A DNA stretch of 60,137 bases, the filler included, from Ionaspis alba (Eukaryota): assembly GCA_964255285.1 (NCBI GenBank). It is 8 parts of 8 records of this genome, joined end to end, with 100 filler letters (N's around TTAATTAATTAA, not from the genome) between each part and the next. Parts side by side here need not be neighbours in the genome. Positions count along the whole stretch, not along the records: positions 45,261 to 52,653 come from CAXUUL010000834.1; positions 52,754 to 60,137 come from CAXUUL010000835.1; 6 more parts are not named here. One strand, given 5' to 3'. Made by a program: the position numbers and the translations under genes. The notes below the pieces were generated by a model. It made no database searches, had not been told where the DNA came from, and worked only from the letters and a program-made list of their open reading frames with translations. Below, piece by piece: positions 49,487-60,137 of the stretch (within the stretch, counting starts at the first letter, position 1; each line of letters opens with the position of its first letter).

Positions 49487-52400
49487 TTATTCGTCGTATT
49501 CCTCGATGACCTGACCACCAGCTAGCTCATCCAAATAAGCCTTGAGCCTCCTCCCCCTCTCCACCAGCCTCGGCGACATCTTTCCCGCCCTATCCTGCCT
49601 GATGATTGCAAACAACTCCTGTTCCAAGTATCTCAGATGCAACTCCTTCTCCTCATCACTCAAACCGCGCATTGACATATCCAAGTCATTAAGCTTGGCT
49701 TCTACAGCAACAACAACCCTCTCATCGAACACGAATTCCACCCCCGGCTTCTCCCTGGGTATTTCGGTTTCTCGTTCAGATTCGCCGTCGTCGTCGACCA
49801 CGTCATCAGGAACAATCCAATTGGGATCTCTATTCGCAACCTCCTCGAAGCGTCGAGCCGCCTCTGTTTGTTCCTCACGCTCGATCCTCCTCGCCTCACT
49901 CAGCACGAATTCCTTCTCGGCCATTCTCAATTGCCTGCGTAAAGTCTTCTTTTCAATCCATCTCGCCATCTCCGCTTCCCACCTGATCCTTTCAGCTTCA
50001 GGCAGTTTCCCACGCTTGAACGAAACAGGACGCTCGTCGATGGCGTACCAGAAGGAATCTTCCAGGACAGTTTCGAGCTCGGCTTCGGAGGCCATGATGG
50101 CGAAAGCGTAGCCGACGTGGTGAGTGAGGCCAGGAGGTTGAGGGAGGATGATTTGGTCCCTAAGCGTTGACCAGTTAGTGACAAGTCGAGCGAAAAGTGA
50201 GAGGTCACCTACACTTGCCAGCTCCTCATGAAGCGCTCAAGATCACGAAAGGTGGTCGAGAACGCCAGATTGCCAATATGCAGAACACGATTGTGCACAG
50301 GCGGCGGAGGAAATGGAATGCGTTCACCGGTGGATATCCAGATGTCCTTGGGCCAACGACGAGAAAGCTGGACTCGGCGTGGTGGGGAAGGAAGTCGACG
50401 AGGTAGGTATGGAGTGGTGGTGATGTCTGAGCTAGCTTCTGAGGATGTTTCCTCTAGATCGTCTTCCTCCTCTCCTCCCTCTTCTTCTTCTTCGATAGCA
50501 TCTGGTAGGGATCGGGGAGAGGAGAACTCTGCAACGTCGCTGCCGCTTCCTTCAGTTTCAGCTTCAGTTTTGACTTCGGATGATGCGTCAGGAGCGTCTT
50601 GCAAGTCGAGGATTTCGATGGAAGAGGAGTGGTCAATATCCATCCAATCGACAGCTTTAGGACGAGGTTTTGATATGATCTTCTCATTTTTTGATGGGAA
50701 GTCTAATATCTCTTCTTCCAGCTCTATTTCCTTGAGCGGCTCTTGGACCGTCGTTGGGCCCTGCACATTGTCACTTGATTGAACACCTAAGATTTCTTCA
50801 TTGACTCCTAATACCTTGGACACCTCTTGAGTCGCTGCTGGAGTTGTCGTTCTATCGCGAGCGGAAAGACCCAATATTTCTCTTTCGTCCTCTATCGCTA
50901 CCTTGGATGATTCTAGTCCCGGTATCTGGTCTTGTACTCCGTCTGAACTCTTCATTACTGCGTCCATCGACTCACCAGGCTCCGATGCAGGTACAGGCGT
51001 GGTAGGTTTGACGTTCTCGATCTTGGTCGCGTTTTGCTTCCTTCTAGCTTGAAGACCTCTGAGAGCCGCAGCGGCGAGAGCCTGGGCAAAGTTTGTCTTT
51101 TTGTCGAAGAATCTTGAAGTAAGCTCAGACTTGCTGGGTAATATTGTTGAAGCTGGTGTAAACCCAGCTACATGCGTTGTGTTGGTAGCTGGCTTTGCTG
51201 GAGATGTTGAGCGCGAAGGAGATGATTTATCAAGGTTCTCGAGGATCGCGTCGAAGATGTCTCTGGCGGGTGCTGGGGCTTCTGCTTCTTTCGAGTTGTT
51301 GACGACCGCATTTGGTTGTGGCAAATTATCCTTGTTCATAGGTCGTGACTTGATACTTGAACAACCACCAGGATTTCTGTCTGCTTCTGTCCACTTGCTC
51401 TTGTCAGCGTCAACTTCTGGAACAAGATTTTGCTTGGTCTGCTTGAAAGAATTGCCTGAGATAATGCGTGGGTCCTTTGCGCTTGTATCCTCCATTGAAG
51501 TTTTGTTGTCATTCACCGCTTCCAATATCTGTGTGTTGACCGTTCGCTGAGTCCGGAAAAGACGAGGATCTCTCGACACTGGTAATTCTAATTCCGTTGG
51601 CTTGTCATTTTCTAAAGTCGATATGCGAGCCATCTCCATTCTTTGCGCCTCTCTTTGAGCCTCGGCTTCCTCAAATATCGCTTCATCGTCAACACTCCAC
51701 AAAGACTGATCGCCCCGGCACATGTCATCGCAGACGCCTTTCTCTTTACAGCCGCTCTCACCTCGGCCATGTGATGAGTCAAACCTGTCCTCACTCAAAG
51801 CCAGAGCTTCGACGTCCCCAAAACACATTTCATTGTCACTGTCCACATGAATGCTGTCATCACTGCTGCCCACATATATAGGTGACGGAGGAGGTTTAGG
51901 TTCGGCAGGGTCGAATCCCATTCCTATGTTGTCCATCCACTTACTGACAGCATCAGTCTGTCTCTTGTCCGCATACCGCACTGCTCCCTGTGGTGGACCA
52001 TATCGATTGCTCTCTTGTCGACTTGATGTTGAGTCTGAGATGGAGTTGAACTCTGTTTGCATGCCAAGTGGTCGTGACTTTGTTATCCGTCCAGCTCTCC
52101 GCCCAAATCGATTTGACACCCTTGGTATACTTGAGTCTTGGACATGTGCACCAGACGAGTGCGTCGCTTGCGAGTTCTCTCGATCCGGCGGACGATCCGG
52201 CTCTACAATCCCTCTTTCAGCCAGTGCGATCTGTCCCGCAAGTTCCCGGAACTTCTTATCAGCTAGACCTTCTTCCGTCTTCCATCGCTGGCGGTTATAG
52301 CTCGTAGGGTTATCCCACTCTTCTCCTATTTGCTCGCTCAACCCAGCCCAATAGAGCCGTCTCTTCTCTCGGACAGCTTTGAGCTCGGCCATCTCCATCA

Positions 52401-52653
52401 TCAGTGGATGATCGTCAGGAAGAGGTCGAGGATCTGCTGGCGTGGGGGGCATGTTGTCAAAACCGAACGGATTGGTGGCTGTTCGAGGCACTGGACGATA
52501 CGTCTCTTGACGCTGGCTATCCCGCGAAGGTGGTGGGTGATGGCAACCTCTTCCACGTGGAGGACGCACCGGTGTGCGTGGTCCTGTTGGCACACCTTGG
52601 ACTCCAAGCCCTCTTCCGCGTTGTGATTTGCCACCAAAGGGATTCCACTTCTG
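49487..52653 (-). CDS. Large, mostly low-complexity protein with a divergent RRM, 5'-truncated
   Basis: Frame is open to the scaffold edge. RNP2-like VLHIGNL, intron 50160-50212, RNP1-like HVGYAFAIM, then a coiled-coil-like tail. Confidence 0.7.
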
Positions 52654-52753
52654 NNNNNNNNNNNNNNNNNNNNNNNNNNNNNNNNNNNNNNNNNNNNTTA
52701 ATTAATTAANNNNNNNNNNNNNNNNNNNNNNNNNNNNNNNNNNNNNNNNNNNN
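52654..52753. other. Artificial scaffold linker
   Basis: 44N-TTAATTAATTAA-44N. Confidence 0.98.
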
Positions 52754-52794
52754 GCTGCTGAGTCTTGGAATTCTCGCGTGTCGACTCGCGCCAA

Positions 52795-52801
52795 CCAATC
52801 A
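52795..52801 (+). promoter_or_regulatory. CCAAT box (Hap/CBC site) upstream of the complex I subunit gene
   Basis: CCAATCA about 110 bp upstream of the ATG; typical of respiratory genes. Confidence 0.45.
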
Positions 52802-52906
52802 GAACCCGCCTGCCCCCAAAGCTTCGACTTCAAGCTCACCTCAATCTATGCCAGGGCTCAAGGTCCCCGTAACGACCAACTTATCTTCTGTGACTAAAGA
52901 ATCACA

Positions 52907-53554
52907 ATGGCGGCCCGTCAGCCTATGTGAGCACCCTAACCCACAGGAAGCAAATGGTACTTCCAATTGACTCCCAACACAGGTTTCATCAGACCGTCCT
53001 CCTCGACACAACGCCCCTCCCAGATTCTGTCCCGAAAGTCTCAGAAATTGGTGCCAGTTCGGCTCCCCTTCTCAGTGCTGCCTTCTTTATCGGTGCCAGG
53101 TGTAAAGCCTACAATGATGACTACATGGTGTGTAAGACGCAAGCACATGGGAAGGGCGAGATGGAGTGCATGAAGGAAGGGCGGAAAGTGACAAGGTGTG
53201 CGGCTAGTGTGTCAGTGTACTCCGATCGGGATGCATCGTCCAGTGCGTGGTGCATGTATGCTTACGGCCGTGGATTGTAGATTGGCAGATATCAACAAAT
53301 CGTGCCTAGAGGAATTCCGGAAACATTGGGAGTGTCTGGACAACAACAACCAACAGCTCTGGCACTGTCGGAGGCCTGAGAGGAAGCTTAACACATGTGT
53401 TTTTGATAACCTAGTACGTTCCATGGCTTTTTCGTTGTCTAAGTACGTTTGGCTGATATTGGTTTAGAAATTGGAGAAGACGATTCCTGGTACGCCACAA
53501 GGGGAAACTCCTGTTCATCTAAGGGAACGACAGATCTACTCCCAGAATATGTGA
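52907..53554 (+). CDS. NDUFA8: NADH:ubiquinone oxidoreductase 20.8 kDa subunit (NDUFA8)
   Basis: EIGASSAPLLSAAFFIGARC and four CX9C motifs; 4 exons. Confidence 0.93.
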
Positions 53555-54083
53555 ACTTCCGGCAATCACTCATGATATCTGCTTCATCTGTAAATAAACG
53601 CTTTTCGAAGTCAATGCCTCAAAATTCAAGAGCACCCATCAAGTAGGGGCTTAGGGAGAAAGGTCGCATTATATTAGCATGTGAACATTAACAGTGGCCA
53701 CATCCCGTCCACCTAAGATATGTATTTCTAGTAGTATGCTCCTATGCTCCCCTTCTCTCCCCTCGGTCGCCACTGCCAGTTCACAATTAATGAAGTCCTA
53801 CCCACAGCCACGATCTACCACGCAGCTCATGTTACCCCAGAAGATTAAGAATCTTGCAGGTGCGCTGCCACGGGAGAAACATTCTGCCAAATCCAGACCT
53901 AAAAGTCATGGCAATCATAGCGGATAATTTCCCAAATCCAATGAAAGGGGTATCTCATGATCAGATGAATGCAATCCCTCACTGCCCGTGTTTCCCTTCC
54001 GCAAATGCTAGTCGACAAACAAATATCTCTGAGTGATGTGCAATTTCTCATATCTATGCTCGATCACGCAGTCTTGGCACGAT

Positions 54084-57000
54084 TCATCCAGTAAGTATGG
54101 CGATTTCTCGTGCCCTTCGAGTCAAAGGAGGAATCTTTGGCAGTACGGGGCTATGATTGTCGTGCTCGGCAATTTTCATGTACTGGCCTTCTAAACGCTG
54201 GCAGAGCACGTTCATGATCTTTGGAGCAACGCCGCGAATATCAGGGTCCTATGAAATGATTAGCCACTGCAATGCCGAGCGGTAACGTGGCAATAAGGCT
54301 CCACTTACATTCGTATCAATTATAGCGAATATGGTCTCAAGCCAATGCAAGCGTTCCGCAATATTGGTCTCTAGAGTTGCAGTGACTGCTGCGCTGACGG
54401 AAAGAGCAACGAGCGTCTGACACTGTTGAAGATACTCGGGGTTGCACTTGACGAAAAAGTTGTCGAAAAGTGCAGCTTGGTTGGTGGATTGGAGCCACTG
54501 ATCAATATTAGGATTATCCGAGCCGTAAAAGGTAATAAGCCTCACCTGAATAGTACCATCTTCATAGTTTCCCTCCGTCATTGATGCCGTGATCCTATCC
54601 AGTTCCAATTTCTCCGGCGATGGTAATGGTTCCGAAGCCTCACTTGGAACCTGTGAGCTCTCTCGCAGCTGCTTAAGCTGGTCGCCATCGGCACTGGAGC
54701 GACGATCTCGGAGACTTTGTTGTAGCTTCAGAATTTCAGATTGAAATTCACCTTGTGCTGCTGCCATGGTGTGAACAGTTTCCGACAATCCTCGAACAAG
54801 AGCTGTAAGCTGATCGATTTTGGCGGCATCCTGACCGTGCTGAAGGTCAACCTGTTTAATCTGCTCGGAGACGCGACGCTCCGTTTCTGTGTTCATCTTC
54901 TGCGCAGCTCCGAGGGCCAGATTCTGGAACGCGGGTGTGATTGTTTGATGGAGTATAGTCGAGAATTGTTTCTCAACCTGCGCACCAATCTTGAGGGAGA
55001 CTTGGTCGGATATAACCCTCGTGACATCTGGAGTCTGTACGGCTTTTGTGACAGCCTCAGGCAGAGCCAGTTTCAGCTGAGCGGGAAGAATGTGCAGAAG
55101 TTGCTGTGTTAACCATTCTGGCAGCTTAGTGATCAGTGTAGAAGCCGCAACGTCAGCAATTGACGGCAGTACGACTTGTTGTATATTGTTACTGATGATG
55201 CGGGCTAGGGCTTTGTCCACATTCTCTGTCAGTGTACTCGAGACCAGTCGAAGTATCGCATCCTGTTTCGCAGCACCGGCTGCGTCTTGAACCCGCTTGT
55301 CTTCGTCAAAACGACGGTATAGAGCATCTAGTTCCTTGCCGAGGACTTTTGTGAACCCTTCAGACACGCTTTTCTCGATCTTCTTGAGCTCCTTGTCCAA
55401 GAACTCGCTGGATATTCCCAATGATATGGAGTCTGTACCTGATGGTACTCGTTTCGTCTTGCTTTCGGTTGCTGAGTTGACCAGTTCGGGAGTCCCGGTT
55501 GATCCAGTTTTGGTTCTGGTAGACTGACCGGGACCTTGGCTTGCTGATAATGGCGCCTGCGTACTTGGTGAGCGAGCTCGCTGAGCAGCTGCAGCATATG
55601 AGTCAGGCACTACTGGGGCAGGCGGTGGTACATTTGCAGCCGATTCTCCCCCTGGAGGAACAGCACGCTTTTTCTTCCTTTTTTCTGATTTCTCAGTAGG
55701 AGCTGAGCCATTAGTGACGTGTGGGACGACTGTCGTACTGGTCTCACCATCTTCCTCTTCCTTCATGTTCGCCTCATTCTGTCTTGAAGATGTGATGGAT
55801 GATTTGTGGCTGGTTTCTTTCACGGCACCCTTAGAAGCCGCTGCGCCAGGAGCGGAAGAACCTGATGTCGTGTCACCATTGACAGAAGACGGCTCACTCG
55901 GTGCGACTGCTTGAGTCTCACGCAAGTCTCGAACTACAATAGTGCCGTTCGTCTCGGCATCTACCGGATTCAAAACCTTACTCTCCTTGCTCCAGCCAAT
56001 GTCTTCCTTCTTTATATTCAGGCATGTCACGCCTTTTGAGTGCATGACGTACAGCTCGAAAAGAGACGGGTCCTCGTCGTCGGTAATTCTTGTCGAGTCA
56101 CTCGACATAGGCAAAAGATCAACGCTCCTAAGCTGACCTTTAGACGCAAAGGAGTATTCACGCATTCCGCTCATGATTGCCGTCGCCTCAGGCCTAGGGA
56201 GTGTTGAATCTTTGTTCGCCAAACGAGTGACATATTTGGCTTGCGACATGGGCGGAAGGTTGTACTTGGGCGCCGAGAGATGTATGATGTAAATAGAGTT
56301 GCGCGTCGGATGACCAACGACAACCAGGCCAGAAGCTGCATGGTAGCTGACGCTGCAAATTGCATCGGATTCCTTTTCATGTGGGAAATTCAGTTCCTGG
56401 ACGGCCTTGCCAAGCCCGAGATCCCAGAGTTGCAAGGTGTGATTCTGCTTCATGCCCACAATGACATATCGAAGAGCAATGCCTTTTGCGTAAGGCCTCG
56501 TTTTGTCAACGAAAAGAACAGATGTTGGCCAAGACTTTTCGCTTGGGTTTGCAGTCGAGAAGGCTAATACAGGTGCTTTGACTTCTATCGGAGCAATCTT
56601 TGAGGCGGTGCCATTGGCCTCATTGATAAGGTCCCTGATATCCCAAAAGCGAAGCCTGCCAGCTTTGTCTAGCGAAACTATCACCGAATCGTCTTCACTG
56701 AAAACGAAGTCTTTCCCCGCTTTTCCAGTATTGATTTTCAAGCTTCGATCGCTGAAGTACTTCTCCGTGTCCACGGTGAAAGTCGAAGCCACGAAGTTCG
56801 ACGCTCGAGCATGCATAGGGAAGACTATTTGGATCGACTTGCCACGCCCAATCGCAAAGAACTCCGGGTGTCGACTACTCTTTTTTGCCCGAGTCTTCAG
56901 CTGACCCCCCGATGTGTTGCTATCGTGAGCCGGAATGGGAGGAAAAGCAAGCGCCTTACTTTCGAGACTCTCGTCCTGGATGCAATCTCCGGTAGCCTGA

Positions 57001-58961
57001 GTAATTGGTGCCCAGTATACTGCGCCACTAACAGCAGTAGCGATGAAGGTTTGTACATGACGAAGGGTACTGCCTGGAGCAGGTATGGAAATAGAAACAT
57101 TGAAAATTCGGTCACGAGTCTCTTTGAAGATCTGCCGATCCATTCCGTCTTCCTGACGGATAATACGGAGACCACCAGACTTGGGCAAAGCGTAGACGAT
57201 GAAGTCGTTCGAAGCTGTAGCCAGAATTCGATCGATCTGGTCAAAGTCTTTTTTCAGTCGAGCTATGGCCATTACAGCATCTTCTCGGAAGGACTGAGTG
57301 GGTAAGCCATGTTGGTTGAGATCAATTGAAACAAACGGCTTCATCGGGAAATTGTACACGGGAACAGTAGCTTCGTCTTCTGCATTCACCGGGCTAGTCT
57401 CATCGTCTGCACTGCCTCGGCCACCATCAACATTGCCTTTGGCAGCTTCGCCGATGACGTTTTTTATGGCTGTTGCTGACAACTCCGGCATCGTTTCTTC
57501 CAAAATGCCTTTGTTCTCGTCTTTCTCAAGTTCTTCCTTGACTTCTGCAGCTGTCTCCTGTAAGCCTTCTTCAACAGCATCGAAAATAATATTTTGAGCT
57601 TCCTCCAAGTCCTCCTGCTTCACCTCGACGGCTTTTTTGGTATCATCCGCACGTGACAGCGCGTGCTCAAGCTGTCTGCCGACTTGTTCACCGACTTCGT
57701 TGAGGGCTTCTGCCACGGTTTCAGCGTCATTGGTTGGTGCTCCAATACCCATGAGAGCTTCCAGACGACTACGATCCCTGTCAGAAGGCAAGGGGTGTTC
57801 GGCAGACTCGATACTTTGCATGATCTCACTTCCTCCGGGGGTGATTTTCCTTGAACTTGAGTGTGCCCGTCCTGGTGAAGATGCCTTCGTCTTCTGCTTT
57901 TTGCCAGCTCCATTCGCTTTCAGATTTTGCGATGGGTTACTTTCACGATTTGGTGTCTGGGTACCAGATCTTGGCCTGTCGTTCCGAGGCAGTGAGGCAG
58001 TGAGCTGCTCAAAAGGATTGACATAGGTGAACATTGGCTCTTTTTGAGGCTCGGATTTCGTCATAGTCTGGGGCTCAAAAGGCGTTGGCTCTCGACTGTC
58101 ACTGCTGCCAAAAATTCGGATCGGCGAGTCATTACGAACGGCCGAGCCACGATCGATAGAGGCAACACCATGTGCTTTCTCTTTATGTAGGGTAGTATCG
58201 GCAAGATCCTGAGATATTTTGTCAATTCCACGATCGATGATCGGTACTTCTTGCGGCTTCGGAGCTGGTGATTGGAACGTAAATGAACTGTTCACGGTCT
58301 GGGTAGGCTTTGGACGGCTAAGAAGCTGCAGTAGGAAGTCTTGTGGATTTGCAGTGGATTGAGGCGCTGGGCTGGGGGCCGATCTGACTGGCATAGGTGA
58401 CGGGCTGGCGTTCTCGCGCGATACTGAAGCCATGGGCCTTCCCATGGAAGATGCGACAAGGTCAGAAGCTGAAATGCCTCGTGTGTGCATACTCGGAGTG
58501 CCTGTGCTTTGTCCAGCCTGTATATTTGCATGGTCGGTTCGGGTGGAAACCCCAGGCGATTGTGGCGACGACTGCATGCCTTGGGTAGATGTCGCCTGAT
58601 TGAATTTCAAGAGGTTCAACAAATTGGCTGCTCGATCCAGACCCGGTTGATCTGAAGGAGCGGGTGTGGTTATTTTCGGCGAACGAATATTGGGACCCAC
58701 AACACCCGAATCGCGAAGTTGAGAATGGCTGGAGGACTGGGGTAAGCTAGAAGGTTGATTAGGCACATTTGTCTGGTTGGGAGCACGAGCTTGAGGTGGC
58801 GGATTCGGCGAGCTGAATGGATCGTATGAGTGGGGAGTCCCAGAAGGAGCTGGGCTTTCGTTTCGTCCGTTGTTCACTGACTGAGCTCTGCTACTGTTTG
58901 ACCGCAAGCTAGCGAACAAGTTCTGTAAGCTAGACGATGGATCATCACCATTACTCGCCAT
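54084..58961 (-). CDS. EDC4/Pdc1-like mRNA-decapping scaffold (WD40 propeller + coiled coil)
   Basis: VYNFPMKPF, IARLKKDFDQIDR, GGQLKTRAKKSSRHPEFFAIGRGK, GMKQNHTLQLWDL and AKQDAILRLVSSTL; last exon DPDIRGVAPKIM...AILTG*. Confidence 0.8.
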
Positions 58962-60137
58962 ACTGTACAACACAAGATACACGAAACCAAAAGTGAGAGT
59001 GGAACTGGCGAAATGTGAGACGGAGGACGGAGCTGGGGTAAGGTTTGGAGATGATGACGATCAACTGCGGCCCGCCGTAATTTTGAAATTTACGAACTGG
59101 CTTGAGATTGGCGACAACGCGAATCGGTGGCTGGGCCAGGGCAACTGCCAGGGCTCCACACTACCCATTATCAGGCTGTTAGCTGGAAGGCGATTACGAT
59201 GTCTGTGTTCAATAAATCCAATTAATCCTGTCGGTCTTCATTGACTGCTAACTAAACCATGGCAGTAATCTGTTTTGTCACTATCCGCTCGTAGCTATCT
59301 GCTATAGCTGGAAGGCCTTAGCCCACGGATGTCACAAGAATTTATCTCCCTACAACGAGGTGTGAATCATGCCAATGCCGAGCTAATGAGCATTCACGAG
59401 GCCAAGGGATATCGAACTGGTCAAAAATTTACAGTGAGTCGTGGGGCCTGGACATTTTCAACCCCATTATCACCTTTCAACTTGTGGCAAGTAAGAGATT
59501 AAGCACATAACCTCTTGGTATGGACTCCTGCTTTCGCCTCTACCAAGTTCATTTCCACTGGTCCTTACGTCCAGCTTGTTAGACACATCTTCGGTGACGG
59601 TAAGAGCTCGCTGCCAGTTGTCGGCAACTAATGAATCAGGGAACTTCTCAACGACTAACAGTAAGTTGATTTGTGCGATCGGTGACTCGAACACTCCTTT
59701 CGCTTCGTCGGCAAGCCGAATTTTGCTGAAGGTCAAGGTGCGAGGGAACGGTGGAGTTGTTTGAAACTAGATACTTTGCAAGATGATAAATTCATACGTT
59801 CGTCCTGGTAGAGACTCAACCGGTATCAAGAACCTTCGCAGCGATGTTATAAGCCACGTGCCTGTGAATTAGGTACTTCTAAGACACCCAATTCGATTAG
59901 CAGTTCAGCACATAGATGTAGCATCAGCTAATCTTCTCTCTCGTTATCTGGAAAGTGGGCCAGCAATACCATAAGATGCAATCTTCTTGCGTTCTGTATG
60001 AAATTGCTATGAAAATATTTGAGAAGCTGCTTAAGCACTAGGCATAGGACAGGCTTTCACGCTATTCCGTCAATGGTCTAGTTTGAGGCTGTCGCAGACT
60101 AAGACCGACAGACTCGTTCCCTCAGACAAAGCCTGCT

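Noticed and set aside
59470..60137. 88-aa minus-strand ORF or degraded gene at the window end
   Set aside because: No recognisable homology and multiple stops upstream; left unannotated.

Overview
This is intron-containing DNA from a filamentous ascomycete (Pezizomycotina), and it is not one locus. It consists of eight unrelated scaffolds sorted by decreasing length (7477, 7459, 7456, 7440, 7427, 7401, 7393, 7384 bp). They are joined by artificial 100-bp linkers (44N-TTAATTAATTAA-44N), and there are three internal 100-N gaps. Neighbourhood is only meaningful within a scaffold. Scaffolds 3-8 carry mostly conserved genes: Opi1, Urc4, Swa2-like, uS17m, Inp1, usgS-fmdS, Cue3 C-terminus, Adp1, a PLP aminotransferase, DUF1996-WSC, Erv41, Cwc22, Dpm2, NDUFA8 and an EDC4-like gene. 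Scaffolds 1-2 look accessory: an NmrA-like reductase, an APC permease, an HNH-type nuclease, a PD-(D/E)xK-like protein and a PTH11-like receptor. The best leads are a non-canonical tRNA-like Pol III element heading an AT-rich scaffold end (possible SINE), the usgS-fmdS pair with GATA sites, the two stand-alone nuclease-fold genes, and C-rich to G-rich strand-skew switches inside genes. No convincing novel multi-gene system can be shown from this fragmented window. All family calls come from motif recognition, not database searches.
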